Shown here piece after piece: positions 29,828-38,505 of a stretch of 64,000 nucleotides of DNA. Every line of letters begins with the position of its first letter. Position 1 is the first letter of the stretch. The notes under the pieces were generated by a model. It saw nothing but the letters and a program-made list of their open reading frames with translations, did not search any database and was not told where the DNA came from. The position numbers and the translations under genes are program-made. The stretch comes from Candidatus Latescibacterota bacterium. GTDB lineage: Bacteria; Krumholzibacteriota; Krumholzibacteriia; WVZY01. The stretch lies in contig CAWBQK010000001.1 in assembly GCA_963791045.1 (NCBI GenBank), positions 166,250 through 230,249 of the forward strand. Reading direction: 5' to 3'.

Positions 29828-31222
29828 CTAACCTTCTTTTATCGCGGCCAGCAGCTCGAGGATGGCTTTCTTCCCGTCGCCGAACATCATGAGCGTATTG
29901 TCCATGGCGAACAGCGGATTGGGAATTCCGGCAAATCCCGGGCTGAGGCTTCTCTTAACCACGATGACGGTCCTTGCCTTGTCGACATCGATAATCGGCA
30001 TACCGGCGATCACGCTCTTGGGATCGGTGCGGGCGACGGGGTTGACCACGTCGTTGGCGCCGATCACCATACACAGGTCAACCGTCGACATGGTGGGATT
30101 GATCTCGTCCATTTCTTTGAGTTTGTCGTATTCGACATCCGCCTCGGCGAGGAGGACATTCATGTGACCAGGCATACGTCCCGCAACCGGGTGAATCGCA
30201 TACTCGACCGTCGCGCCCTTCGCCTCGGCGGCGGTGGCAAGATCACGAACCGCATGCTGCGCCTGGGCGACGGCCATGCCGTAACCCGGAACGATAACGA
30301 CGCGCTGGGCGGTATCGAAAAGCATCGCGACTTCTTCAGGCGACGTCGACTTGACCTTGCCCCCGTACACCTCATCCGCAGACGCCGAATCCTCGGTGGC
30401 CGCAAACTTGCCAAACAGAACGTTGGCCAACGAACGATTCATCGCCTTGCACATGATTTGCGTGAGGATAAGACCAGAGGCGCCAACCAGCGAACCGGCA
30501 ATAATGAGCACGTTGTTCGACAGAACAAAACCCGTCGCCGTCGCGGCAAGACCCGAGTACGAGTTCAACAGCGCGATCACGACGGGCATGTCCGCGCCGC
30601 CGATCGGGATGGTCACCAACACACCCAGGACACCCGCGACCAATGCAAGTATCCAGTAGTACATGATCTGCGTGGGATCCATGACGATCATCGCGCCGAG
30701 TGCCAAGCAAGCGATCAAGAGAATCAGGTTAAGGGCCTTCTGACCCGGAAAATGAATGGCGTTCCCAGGGATCAATTTCTCCCACAGCTTGAAGAATGCG
30801 ATAAGACTTCCCGTAAATGTCACCGAACCGATAATACCCGATGCAACGGTGGCAACGACCAACTGGGTCATCGAGCCACCCAAATCGATCAAACCCGATT
30901 CGATCAATGCGGCTCCCGCGACGAGTACCGACGCGATACCGCCAAATCCATTGAAAAGCGCCACCATCTGGGGCATCGCTGTCATTTGGATCTTGACCGC
31001 GAACACAAGGCCAATGAGCCCGCCGACGACAGCGCCAGCGATGATCCACTCATAGCTGACAATCCTCTGGTCGATCAGGGTGACGGCCATGGCGAGGAGC
31101 ATACCTATTGCCCCCGTGAGGTTGCCCTTCACGGCCGTGCGCGGGTGCGTCAACCCTTTCAACCCGAAGACGAACATCGCTGAGGCCACGAGGTACGCCA
31201 GGTTAATGAATACTTCTCTCAT
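29828..31222 (-). CDS. pntB: NAD(P) transhydrogenase beta subunit
   Basis: MTAMPQMVALFNGFGG, PIGGADMPVVIALLNSYSG, IVPGYGMAVAQAQH, IHPVAGRMPGHMNVLLAEA. Confidence 0.98.
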   Translation of the reverse strand: MREVFINLAYLVASAMFVFGLKGLTHPRTAVKGNLTGAIGMLLAMAVTLIDQRIVSYEWIIAGAVVGGLIGLVFAVKIQMTAMPQMVALFNGFGGIASVLVAGAALIESGLIDLGGSMTQLVVATVASGIIGSVTFTGSLIAFFKLWEKLIPGNAIHFPGQKALNLILLIACLALGAMIVMDPTQIMYYWILALVAGVLGVLVTIPIGGADMPVVIALLNSYSGLAATATGFVLSNNVLIIAGSLVGASGLILTQIMCKAMNRSLANVLFGKFAATEDSASADEVYGGKVKSTSPEEVAMLFDTAQRVVIVPGYGMAVAQAQHAVRDLATAAEAKGATVEYAIHPVAGRMPGHMNVLLAEADVEYDKLKEMDEINPTMSTVDLCMVIGANDVVNPVARTDPKSVIAGMPIIDVDKARTVIVVKRSLSPGFAGIPNPLFAMDNTLMMFGDGKKAILELLAAIKEG

Positions 31223-31295
31223 TTTCGAATCCTTTGTTTCTCGCTCAAAAGTGTAAAGTCAACAAAAGAGGATGACTCGTTTGTCAGGTCCGGAT

Positions 31296-31574
31296 TTATT
31301 TCCGCCTGAACATTGCGAGCATCCGGTGCGTCACCATAAATCCGCCAACCACGTTGATCGTGGCGAACACCACGGCCAGAACACCAAGTGTGGTGGTCAA
31401 GAACGTGAGCTTCGTGCCGGCCGACAGGATGGCGCCAACAACCGTGATTCCAGAAATAGCGTTGGAACCGGACATCAGCGGCGTGTGCAGCGTCGGCGGG
31501 ACTTTGGTGATCACCTCGAATCCAATAAACATCGCGAGAACAAAGATCGTCAGTGATACGACGAACGCTTCCAC
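31296..31574 (-). CDS. pntA: NAD(P) transhydrogenase alpha-2 (membrane) subunit
   Basis: VPPTLHTPLMSGSNAISG, INVVGGFMVTHRMLAMF. Confidence 0.95.
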   Translation of the reverse strand: MEAFVVSLTIFVLAMFIGFEVITKVPPTLHTPLMSGSNAISGITVVGAILSAGTKLTFLTTTLGVLAVVFATINVVGGFMVTHRMLAMFRRK

Positions 31575-31591
31575 TTCGCGAACCTCCCTGT

Positions 31592-32761
31592 TTATGCTCC
31601 CAGCAATTCTTTGACACGCGCCAAGACGACTGCGCCGTCCTTTGTAACCATCGTGTCTACTATGATTTCATCTTCCATATTTAGTTCGATCGCGCCGTCC
31701 TTTACCAGGTTCTGGAAAAACGTGGTGATGTTTTTCGCGTACATCTGGCTTGCGTGGTACGGTACGGTCGAGGGTACATTGAAGGGACCCATGATGTTCA
31801 CGCCGTTGGCCTGAACGGTCTCTCCCGGTTTGGTCAGTTCGCAGTTGCCACCACGTTCGGCGGCCAGATCGAACACGACCGAACCCGGCGTCATACCCTT
31901 AACCATCTCTTCGGTTACGAGGATCGGGGCCTTCTTGCCGGGAACCGCGGCGGTCGTAATGACAACGTCACTTTCAGCAACGACTTTGTTCATCATTTCG
32001 CGCTGTTTGCGGTAGAACTCTTCGTCCATTTCTTTTGCGTATCCGCCGCTGTCTTCCGCTTCACCGGCATCGAGTTCCATCTCGACGAACTTGCCGCCAA
32101 GACTCTTTACCTGGTCCTTGACAGCGGGGCGGATGTCGTACGCGCTCACGATAGCGCCGAGACGCTTCGCCGTGGCGATGGCCTGAAGGCCCGCCACGCC
32201 GACTCCGACGATAAAAACTCTCGCCGGGGCAATCGTCCCGGCCGCGGTCATCAACATCGGGAAGATTTTCGGCAGCATGTTAGCGGACAAAAGAACCGCT
32301 TTGTACCCGGCTATTGTCGCCATCGACGACAAGACGTCCATGCTCTGCGCGCGCGTGATTCGCGGAAGCAGCTCGAGCGAAAACAGGGTTACACCCTTTT
32401 CGCCAAGCTCTTTCGAGAGCGCCGGCTCGCTAAGCGATTCCGTAAAACCAATAACTATCTGACCTTGACGGAATTTACCAAGATCAGCTCGGCCGGCCTC
32501 AGGGTTTGCGCCGTGAGTCCGGACCTGAAATACTACGTCGGACTTTGCAAAAATTTCGTCGCGGCCGACGATCTTTGCGCCCTTCTGCGTAAAGTGCTCA
32601 TCGGTAACGCCCGCTTCGAGACCGGCACCCGTTTCGACGAGAACCTCCGCGCCAGCCTTTATGACGGCGGGAACGACGTCGGGAACGAGAGCAACCCGGC
32701 GCTCGCCGGGGAATGTCTCTTTGGGAACACCAACAACGATCGGTTTACCTTGCTCTGTCAT
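31592..32761 (-). CDS. pntA: NAD(P) transhydrogenase alpha-1 (NAD-binding dI) subunit
   Basis: GVPKETFPGERRVALVP, PRITRAQSMDVLSSM, GVGVAGLQAIATAKRLGA, SGGYAK, DLAAERGGNCE. Confidence 0.97.
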   Translation of the reverse strand: MTEQGKPIVVGVPKETFPGERRVALVPDVVPAVIKAGAEVLVETGAGLEAGVTDEHFTQKGAKIVGRDEIFAKSDVVFQVRTHGANPEAGRADLGKFRQGQIVIGFTESLSEPALSKELGEKGVTLFSLELLPRITRAQSMDVLSSMATIAGYKAVLLSANMLPKIFPMLMTAAGTIAPARVFIVGVGVAGLQAIATAKRLGAIVSAYDIRPAVKDQVKSLGGKFVEMELDAGEAEDSGGYAKEMDEEFYRKQREMMNKVVAESDVVITTAAVPGKKAPILVTEEMVKGMTPGSVVFDLAAERGGNCELTKPGETVQANGVNIMGPFNVPSTVPYHASQMYAKNITTFFQNLVKDGAIELNMEDEIIVDTMVTKDGAVVLARVKELLGA

Positions 32762-32947
32762 GGAAACCGTAGCCTCCTCTCTTCACCTCGATGGGCGGCT
32801 TTATCTCATGTGTTTGTCGCCACCCACATGGACACAACGTGTAGAAAATGAACATCGCCCATAATATATGAGCGATATGGACAAATATGTATTTTGAAAA
32901 ACCTTGTGATAAGACACGGAAAGATACCACGATTCAAATTTTTGAGA

Positions 32948-32965
32948 AAGCGAAAAATGTCACAA
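32948..32965. promoter_or_regulatory. Possible Rex/CRP-like operator upstream of pnt
   Basis: AAGCGAAAAATGTCACAA matches TTGTGAA-N4-TTCACAA at 10 of 14 positions, in the AT-rich pnt upstream region. Confidence 0.3.
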
Positions 32966-33083
32966 TTTCACCCTGCGCGAGGAGTTGGAGAGGGTGGATT
33001 CGGCCCCTTTGAGCGAGACACCGAGGGAGCCAAATATAGGCGCCCCTAAGCCTCGCCGGCGCCGAAAAACGCGCCCGCCGGGA

Positions 33084-34823
33084 CTACAAACCGAGGAGTT
33101 CGCGTAGGAATTTGGGGGGTGGCGATCCAAATGACAGCAGGGCGTCGTGAAACACCCTCAGATCCGCGCCCGCGCCGTTCTTCGCATCAAATGCCGCTCG
33201 GATATCGTTTATTTCGATGTTACCGACATAGTACGTGGAAAGCTGTGTCGACGTGAGGCAGGCCCGGCGCCACTTCCCCGCCGCTTCTCCCTGCTCCTGG
33301 AAACCTTCTTCGGTCATCAGCGTCACCGCTTCTTCCTCGGTCATCCCCGCCGAGTGGATTTTCTGATCGATTATGGCGTTAATGATCATCCTCAAACGCA
33401 TTTTCAGCTGCTGCATTTTGACCTCGGGGCCTCCAAAACCTTTTTCAACCATGAGTTGCTCGCTGTAGGTTGCCCAACCTTCCACAAATGTGCCGCTGGC
33501 AAAAACCGCGCGGACCATCGTCGGCGCCTCGAACCGGTTGGCATGCGCAAGTTGAAGGTAGTGACCGGGCATCGCTTCGTGAACCGTCAAGTCGTAGAGC
33601 ATGTGATCGTTATACTCGCGAAAAAACGAATCGACGCGTTCGCCGGACCAGTCCGCCGGAGTCGGCGAAATCGCAAAAAACGTCTCGGCCTCGCGGTCGA
33701 GCGGACCAGGGGCGTCGCAGTATGCGACGGCCACACCGCGCTTGAATTCGGGCATGACGATCAGGTTGACCGGTTCGGTGGGAATCCGAACGAGGTCGTG
33801 CTCCGACACAAACTGTGTGCATGATTCCAGACAGGACTTCGCCCTTTCGACGATGGTGTCGTTCGTCGGTCGCGATTCGGCGAGTTTGTCGAGAACCGCT
33901 TGAATCACTTTTTTTTGATCGGCGGGAGAGGCTCCCGCGAGGGCTTCTCCATAATATTCTTCATAAATCGGGCGCGCCGTCTCGTACATCTCCAACTGGG
34001 TCGCGGCGAGATCGGTTTCCGCACGCCGCGCGATGTCATTCATACTCAGTTTCGAGTCGATCGTGAACCCGAGCTTCTTCTCGAACTTCTTTTTGCCCAG
34101 GCGAAATTCTCCGTCCGACTCGGGGAGCAGATCGCGCTCCAGCCACGAACCATAATACTCGAGCGCATCCGCCGCCATCTCGCGCGCTTCAGCCAGCTCG
34201 TCGACGAACTCGGGCGCATCGTCCAGGAACGCGTCCAGGCCTTCGCGGACGAGGCCGATGGTCCCCCGGTTCTGGAGAATCGCCGTTTCGATATGGATCT
34301 TCGGCGGGTTTTTGAGGTTGGCCTTCGCCATCGCGGCGGCGCGCGGAACCATTTCGAGCCTCAACTTGAGGGAAGCCATCCTGTCCTCTAGCGGCGCAAA
34401 GTCCCTCGCAACCAGATCGTAAATCGCTCCGCCGACGTTGTAGCGAAGCGGGTTCCATTCGAACTCCCTCAGAGTCTCGAGAGAGTAAATCGACTTTTCG
34501 AGATGATGCGCGAGGATGTGGTAGTCGACTCGATTGACGGCGTCGAGCGCGTCGGGGTTTATCCGGCGGAGTGATTTTAAATAGGTCTTGCTGAGTTCGA
34601 TGCCATCGGCGACGCCGGCGGCGCTGTAGTCGTTGAGGCGGCCGTCAAAGCGATGATCGCCGAGCGCCGTCGCCCTTTCCGGGTAAAGGCGCAGGTACTT
34701 CTCTATGTATTCACGACCAAGCGCGACGAAGGCGCCGTCGGGATCCTCGCCCGACGAACCCGCGCACCCGTTCAATAAAAAGGCGGCGCCGACAAGGAAC
34801 ATAAATGTTAGACCGGTGCGCAT
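33084..34823 (-). CDS. DUF885 family lipoprotein (zincin-like)
   Basis: Lipobox LNGC; PERATALGDHRFD; HEAMPGHYLQ; FVEGWATYSE; TSTQLSTYYVG; FHDALLSFGSPP. Confidence 0.9.
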   Translation of the reverse strand: MRTGLTFMFLVGAAFLLNGCAGSSGEDPDGAFVALGREYIEKYLRLYPERATALGDHRFDGRLNDYSAAGVADGIELSKTYLKSLRRINPDALDAVNRVDYHILAHHLEKSIYSLETLREFEWNPLRYNVGGAIYDLVARDFAPLEDRMASLKLRLEMVPRAAAMAKANLKNPPKIHIETAILQNRGTIGLVREGLDAFLDDAPEFVDELAEAREMAADALEYYGSWLERDLLPESDGEFRLGKKKFEKKLGFTIDSKLSMNDIARRAETDLAATQLEMYETARPIYEEYYGEALAGASPADQKKVIQAVLDKLAESRPTNDTIVERAKSCLESCTQFVSEHDLVRIPTEPVNLIVMPEFKRGVAVAYCDAPGPLDREAETFFAISPTPADWSGERVDSFFREYNDHMLYDLTVHEAMPGHYLQLAHANRFEAPTMVRAVFASGTFVEGWATYSEQLMVEKGFGGPEVKMQQLKMRLRMIINAIIDQKIHSAGMTEEEAVTLMTEEGFQEQGEAAGKWRRACLTSTQLSTYYVGNIEINDIRAAFDAKNGAGADLRVFHDALLSFGSPPPKFLRELLGL

Positions 34824-34893
34824 AAACATACTTTCCGCCAGAAATACAATTGTGTCTGGATCGTTAAACATACATTCGGGAAAGGACGAAACA

Positions 34894-36594
34894 TCATTTC
34901 TTGTACTGGTCGATCGTGATTTTGGCAAAATCCTCGAGATAATCGAAACCATCGTTCCAGGTCGTGTACATGATGCCGCAAGCCCCCGGCGTGTTCGCGA
35001 GAGACTTGATCCACGCCTTCGCATTGTCCGAGCTTTCGACGTCATAGTATCCGCAGCCGATGGTTCGAAAACCATTGCGATCGAAATGAGCGAGGCTCTC
35101 GTCGCGGATTCCGAATTTCCATACCGCGATGATGAGATCCTTGGGAACGTGGTTCCACGAACCCGACGCATCACCTTTCAACAGATAGTAATCCTTCTTG
35201 GCATTGAGATTCGGATCGAGCATGTCCGACCACACCATCACCTCGGCGTCCGGATTCACGTCGCGGATCAACTCGACCTGCCGCGTGATACAAGATCCTA
35301 TGAGTTCTCCCGCGGTGAGCCCCCGGTCTTCGCACGCCTTGCACCATCCTCCGTGACGGATTTCGTCCATAGACAGGAGGTAACGTTTTGGGGAAATCGC
35401 CTCGTCCACACGCCGCGCCGCGTCGCGCCAGATTTCGTACACCTGGGGTTCGGACATGCAGACCCCCATCTGCCCGCCACCCTGTTTTAGCGCCAGGCCC
35501 TGGTAGTAGTCGACGACAAGCTGGTCGCCGTTCTTAATCGCGCCCCCGGGAAAGGCGGTAAGAATCGGTTCGCGGTGGTCGAACTTGTACGACAACTTTT
35601 CGTCGACAACGGGCGCGTAATCCTTGCCCTCCGTGTAGACAACACCGGTCTCGCGGTTTCTTACGACCATCGGCGTGCCCGGTCTGTGGAGCACATTGAT
35701 GAAACCCACCTCGGAGATACTCATGTCATCTATCCAAAAACGGCCTTTGGGACCGTTCCATACACCGGCGAAGACGCGCAGCTCGTCGTATTCGAGACTG
35801 TTGAAACCAAGCGTGACCTTCTTCCAATCCTGGGTCGATTCCAGCGACGGAAAGATGTTCATGAGCACGCGGCCCTCTTTGGTCATCACGGCCACCTGAA
35901 ACCGTTTCGCGGGATTGAGGCCTTCGGTCTTGATCCACATGGACACTTCATAACTGCGAAACGGAAACACCGTCATTTGCTGCATCACGCGGCCCTTGCC
36001 GTCATTCTTTTTATATACGTTCTCCACCCGAAGCGACGACCGGCCGCTCTTGGATTGCGATTCATCAATGAAACTGAGTTCGCCGGGGAGGTCCTGAAGA
36101 TCATACCCGTCGGCGCGGTCACCGGTGTGTCTCTCAAATCCGCCGTTGGTAAAACCAATGCCGGAGTTTTTGACGAGGATCGCGTTTCCGCCCCTGACGG
36201 TGAACGGAACCTTTCGCGCGGGAACCGCGGCGGCAAGATTTGCGTTGTGCGCGAGCTCACTGGCGCCATAACCCGCGGAAAAGATCAGCGGGACGAGGTC
36301 CATCCCATACTTGTCACATATCGCCTTTACTTGTTTGATCCTGTCGATGTAATCGTCGTCGCGGAGCGCGATTCGCGTGAAAGACCCTGACAGAACGATG
36401 CCGTTGTAACCGGTAATGGACGCCCTCTGCACGATTCTCTTGACCTCGGTAACATGCTGCTCCGTCGTAAAATTGCGTTGAATGAACACGTAGCGGTACT
36501 TGAGATCAAGATCGCTTTTTCGGGCGGCCTCGCCAATCGCGGCATTGGCGGCGGCGAGCAACACGAAAAGCAGCGCGGCAAAGGTTCGCTTCAT
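34894..36594 (-). CDS. Secreted GH20-like TIM-barrel glycoside hydrolase with an inserted CBM4/9-like domain
   Basis: Signal peptide; LVPL; insert NGGFE...SGRSSL...YEVSMWIKTE...TQDWKKV...WIDDM; LSMDEIR (DE pair); MVWSDML; GIMYTTW. Confidence 0.65.
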   Translation of the reverse strand: MKRTFAALLFVLLAAANAAIGEAARKSDLDLKYRYVFIQRNFTTEQHVTEVKRIVQRASITGYNGIVLSGSFTRIALRDDDYIDRIKQVKAICDKYGMDLVPLIFSAGYGASELAHNANLAAAVPARKVPFTVRGGNAILVKNSGIGFTNGGFERHTGDRADGYDLQDLPGELSFIDESQSKSGRSSLRVENVYKKNDGKGRVMQQMTVFPFRSYEVSMWIKTEGLNPAKRFQVAVMTKEGRVLMNIFPSLESTQDWKKVTLGFNSLEYDELRVFAGVWNGPKGRFWIDDMSISEVGFINVLHRPGTPMVVRNRETGVVYTEGKDYAPVVDEKLSYKFDHREPILTAFPGGAIKNGDQLVVDYYQGLALKQGGGQMGVCMSEPQVYEIWRDAARRVDEAISPKRYLLSMDEIRHGGWCKACEDRGLTAGELIGSCITRQVELIRDVNPDAEVMVWSDMLDPNLNAKKDYYLLKGDASGSWNHVPKDLIIAVWKFGIRDESLAHFDRNGFRTIGCGYYDVESSDNAKAWIKSLANTPGACGIMYTTWNDGFDYLEDFAKITIDQYKK

Positions 36595-36666
36595 TGGGTT
36601 CGTCCTCCAGTTCATGCAACGGTTCGGCCGAGCGCGAAACAAAGGCTCCGCGGCCGGGGCTTTCTG

Positions 36667-37299
36667 TCACGTCGCCGTGGTTTCAATACGGCGGGAGCGT
36701 TTGCCCAACCGTGGAATGTGCCGTAACGTGCGGCGGCGGATCGAACGCGGAACCCGAAGCAGGCCTCTCGCCGCCTTGCCCGTCGCCCGACTCGTAAACT
36801 TCAAAGTACCGCGAACGCCACCAACGACGCGCGAACCAACATCGCCACCCACCTGCACGGCCATTTTCGAGCCGTCCCAGATATTGCGCCCAATCTTCGT
36901 GAAGAACCCGATCGCCGAATTCATTCTGTCGACATACACCTTGAGCAGATTAAAAATCACGATCGCGACAAAGAACTCGGTAAGTCCTACGACGGTGAAG
37001 AAGACCCACGTCGATTTGAGCACGACGAGGCCCTGCACGCTCCACGAAAGTTCGTCGATCGACCGGTATATATATTTGACGATGGGCAGAAGGAACGGCA
37101 GCGCGTAGAGCAGCGATGCCTTCACCAGAAACTTCCACTGGTTCCATCTGATATCATCCGGCGCCGTTCCCACTTTGCGGCCCGCCGACTCCAGCTTGTT
37201 CCAACCCGTCCTCACCCGCTCGAGAAGAACGATCGTGACGATCGCGTAAAATATATTTTCCTTGTTGTCTCTGGCCTTGTTCAAGAATCCAAAAAACAT
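36667..37299 (-). CDS. Hypothetical membrane protein with a basic C-terminal tail
   Basis: About three hydrophobic segments; GGAGGT RBS upstream of the ATG. Confidence 0.65.
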   Translation of the reverse strand: MFFGFLNKARDNKENIFYAIVTIVLLERVRTGWNKLESAGRKVGTAPDDIRWNQWKFLVKASLLYALPFLLPIVKYIYRSIDELSWSVQGLVVLKSTWVFFTVVGLTEFFVAIVIFNLLKVYVDRMNSAIGFFTKIGRNIWDGSKMAVQVGGDVGSRVVGGVRGTLKFTSRATGKAARGLLRVPRSIRRRTLRHIPRLGKRSRRIETTAT

Positions 37300-37510
37300 T
37301 GGCCGTCACCTCCAAACAAAGTTAGCTCTCCCAAATAGTTCTTCCTCGAAAAATACGACGTGCGTTCGTATGAAATCAAACGCATTCTCGGCGAAGCGCT
37401 TAGATCGCCCTCTTTATTCCGCATTGGCACGCTTTTTTGAGAAATATACAAAAGATTGCGGACATCGCGGAACTTTCTGACTACAGGGAAGTTAGATCGA
37501 ATTACAAATA

Positions 37511-37539
37511 TGGACACAAACCGATTCCGGTGCTAATAT
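37511..37539 (+). promoter_or_regulatory. Putative extended -10 sigma70 promoter of the DUF362 operon
   Basis: TGGACA-N17-TAATAT preceded by TGc. Confidence 0.55.
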
Positions 37540-37597
37540 CCTTAAGCTGAAAAAAAGTGAAGAAAACAAAAACAACGGGCCAAAGCGAGGCAATGTC

Positions 37598-38503
37598 ATG
37601 ATGAACAGAAGAACGTTTCTCAAAACGTTTTCCGCCGGAGTCGTCGGCGCACAGATGCTTCAACCCGATGATTTATTTTCCCTTCCCGCATCGGAAACAA
37701 AGCCCGGCATGTCAATAATCACGGGAACCGACCCGGCCGCGGCGACGACAAGGGCGGTCGACGCCATCGGCGGGATGTCCTCCTTTGTATCAAAGGGTGA
37801 TGTTGTCATAGTCAAACCGAACATCGGATGGGACCGCACACCCGAACAGGCGGCCAACACCAATCCGCTTGTGGTCGCCACGCTGGTCGCCCTCGCTTTC
37901 GATGCGGGCGCCAAAAAGGTGAAGGTATTCGACAACACGTGCAACACGGCCAGACGTTGTTACACAAAGAGCGGGATCGAAGAGGCGGCGCGCGGCGCCG
38001 GCGCCGATGTGTTCTTTGTTGACGAGAGAAAATTCAAAAAGACAAACATGAACGGCGAAGTGCTCAAAGAGTGGCCGATCTACCGTGAGGCCCTCGAAGC
38101 CGATAAGATCATAAACGCTCCCATAGCAAAACACCACACGCTGGCGAGGCTCACATTGTCGATGAAGAACCTCATGGGCCTCATCGGCGGTTCTCGAAAT
38201 CTTCTCCACCAGAAAATGGACACCAACATCGTCGACCTCGCCGCTTATTTCAAACCGTCGCTCGTGGTACTCGACGCCACCCGCATACTGACGGCCAACG
38301 GCCCCCAGGGCGGCAACCTCAAGGACGTAAAAACGCTCGACACAGTCGCGGCCTCGACGGACCAGGTGGCCATTGATTCATTCGGTGCGACTCTTTTTGA
38401 AATGACCGGAGAAGATCTTGGATACGTCCGGGAAGCCCACGCGAGGGGGCTCGGAGAAAAGGATCTGGCGAAACTCGAAATCCTGCGTGAGAATTTGTCG
38501 TAA
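37598..38503 (+). CDS. DUF362 domain Fe-S protein with Tat signal
   Basis: NRRTFLK Tat motif; VIVKPNIGWDRTPEQAANTNP; DNTC; INAPIAKHH; LSMKNLMG; DQVAIDSF. Confidence 0.9.
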   Translation: MMNRRTFLKTFSAGVVGAQMLQPDDLFSLPASETKPGMSIITGTDPAAATTRAVDAIGGMSSFVSKGDVVIVKPNIGWDRTPEQAANTNPLVVATLVALAFDAGAKKVKVFDNTCNTARRCYTKSGIEEAARGAGADVFFVDERKFKKTNMNGEVLKEWPIYREALEADKIINAPIAKHHTLARLTLSMKNLMGLIGGSRNLLHQKMDTNIVDLAAYFKPSLVVLDATRILTANGPQGGNLKDVKTLDTVAASTDQVAIDSFGATLFEMTGEDLGYVREAHARGLGEKDLAKLEILRENLS

Positions 38504-38505
38504 AA

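Noticed and set aside
29603-32851. 526-aa and 365-aa plus-strand ORFs
   Set aside because: Antisense shadows of the pnt genes.
34824-35174. N-terminal extension of the DUF885 ORF (likewise the extensions of PMM to 62511, serpin to 61871, carA to 26859 and the TWG protein to 45992)
   Set aside because: The extensions overlap neighbouring genes or regulatory leaders; signal peptides, family N-termini or RBS positions indicate the downstream starts.
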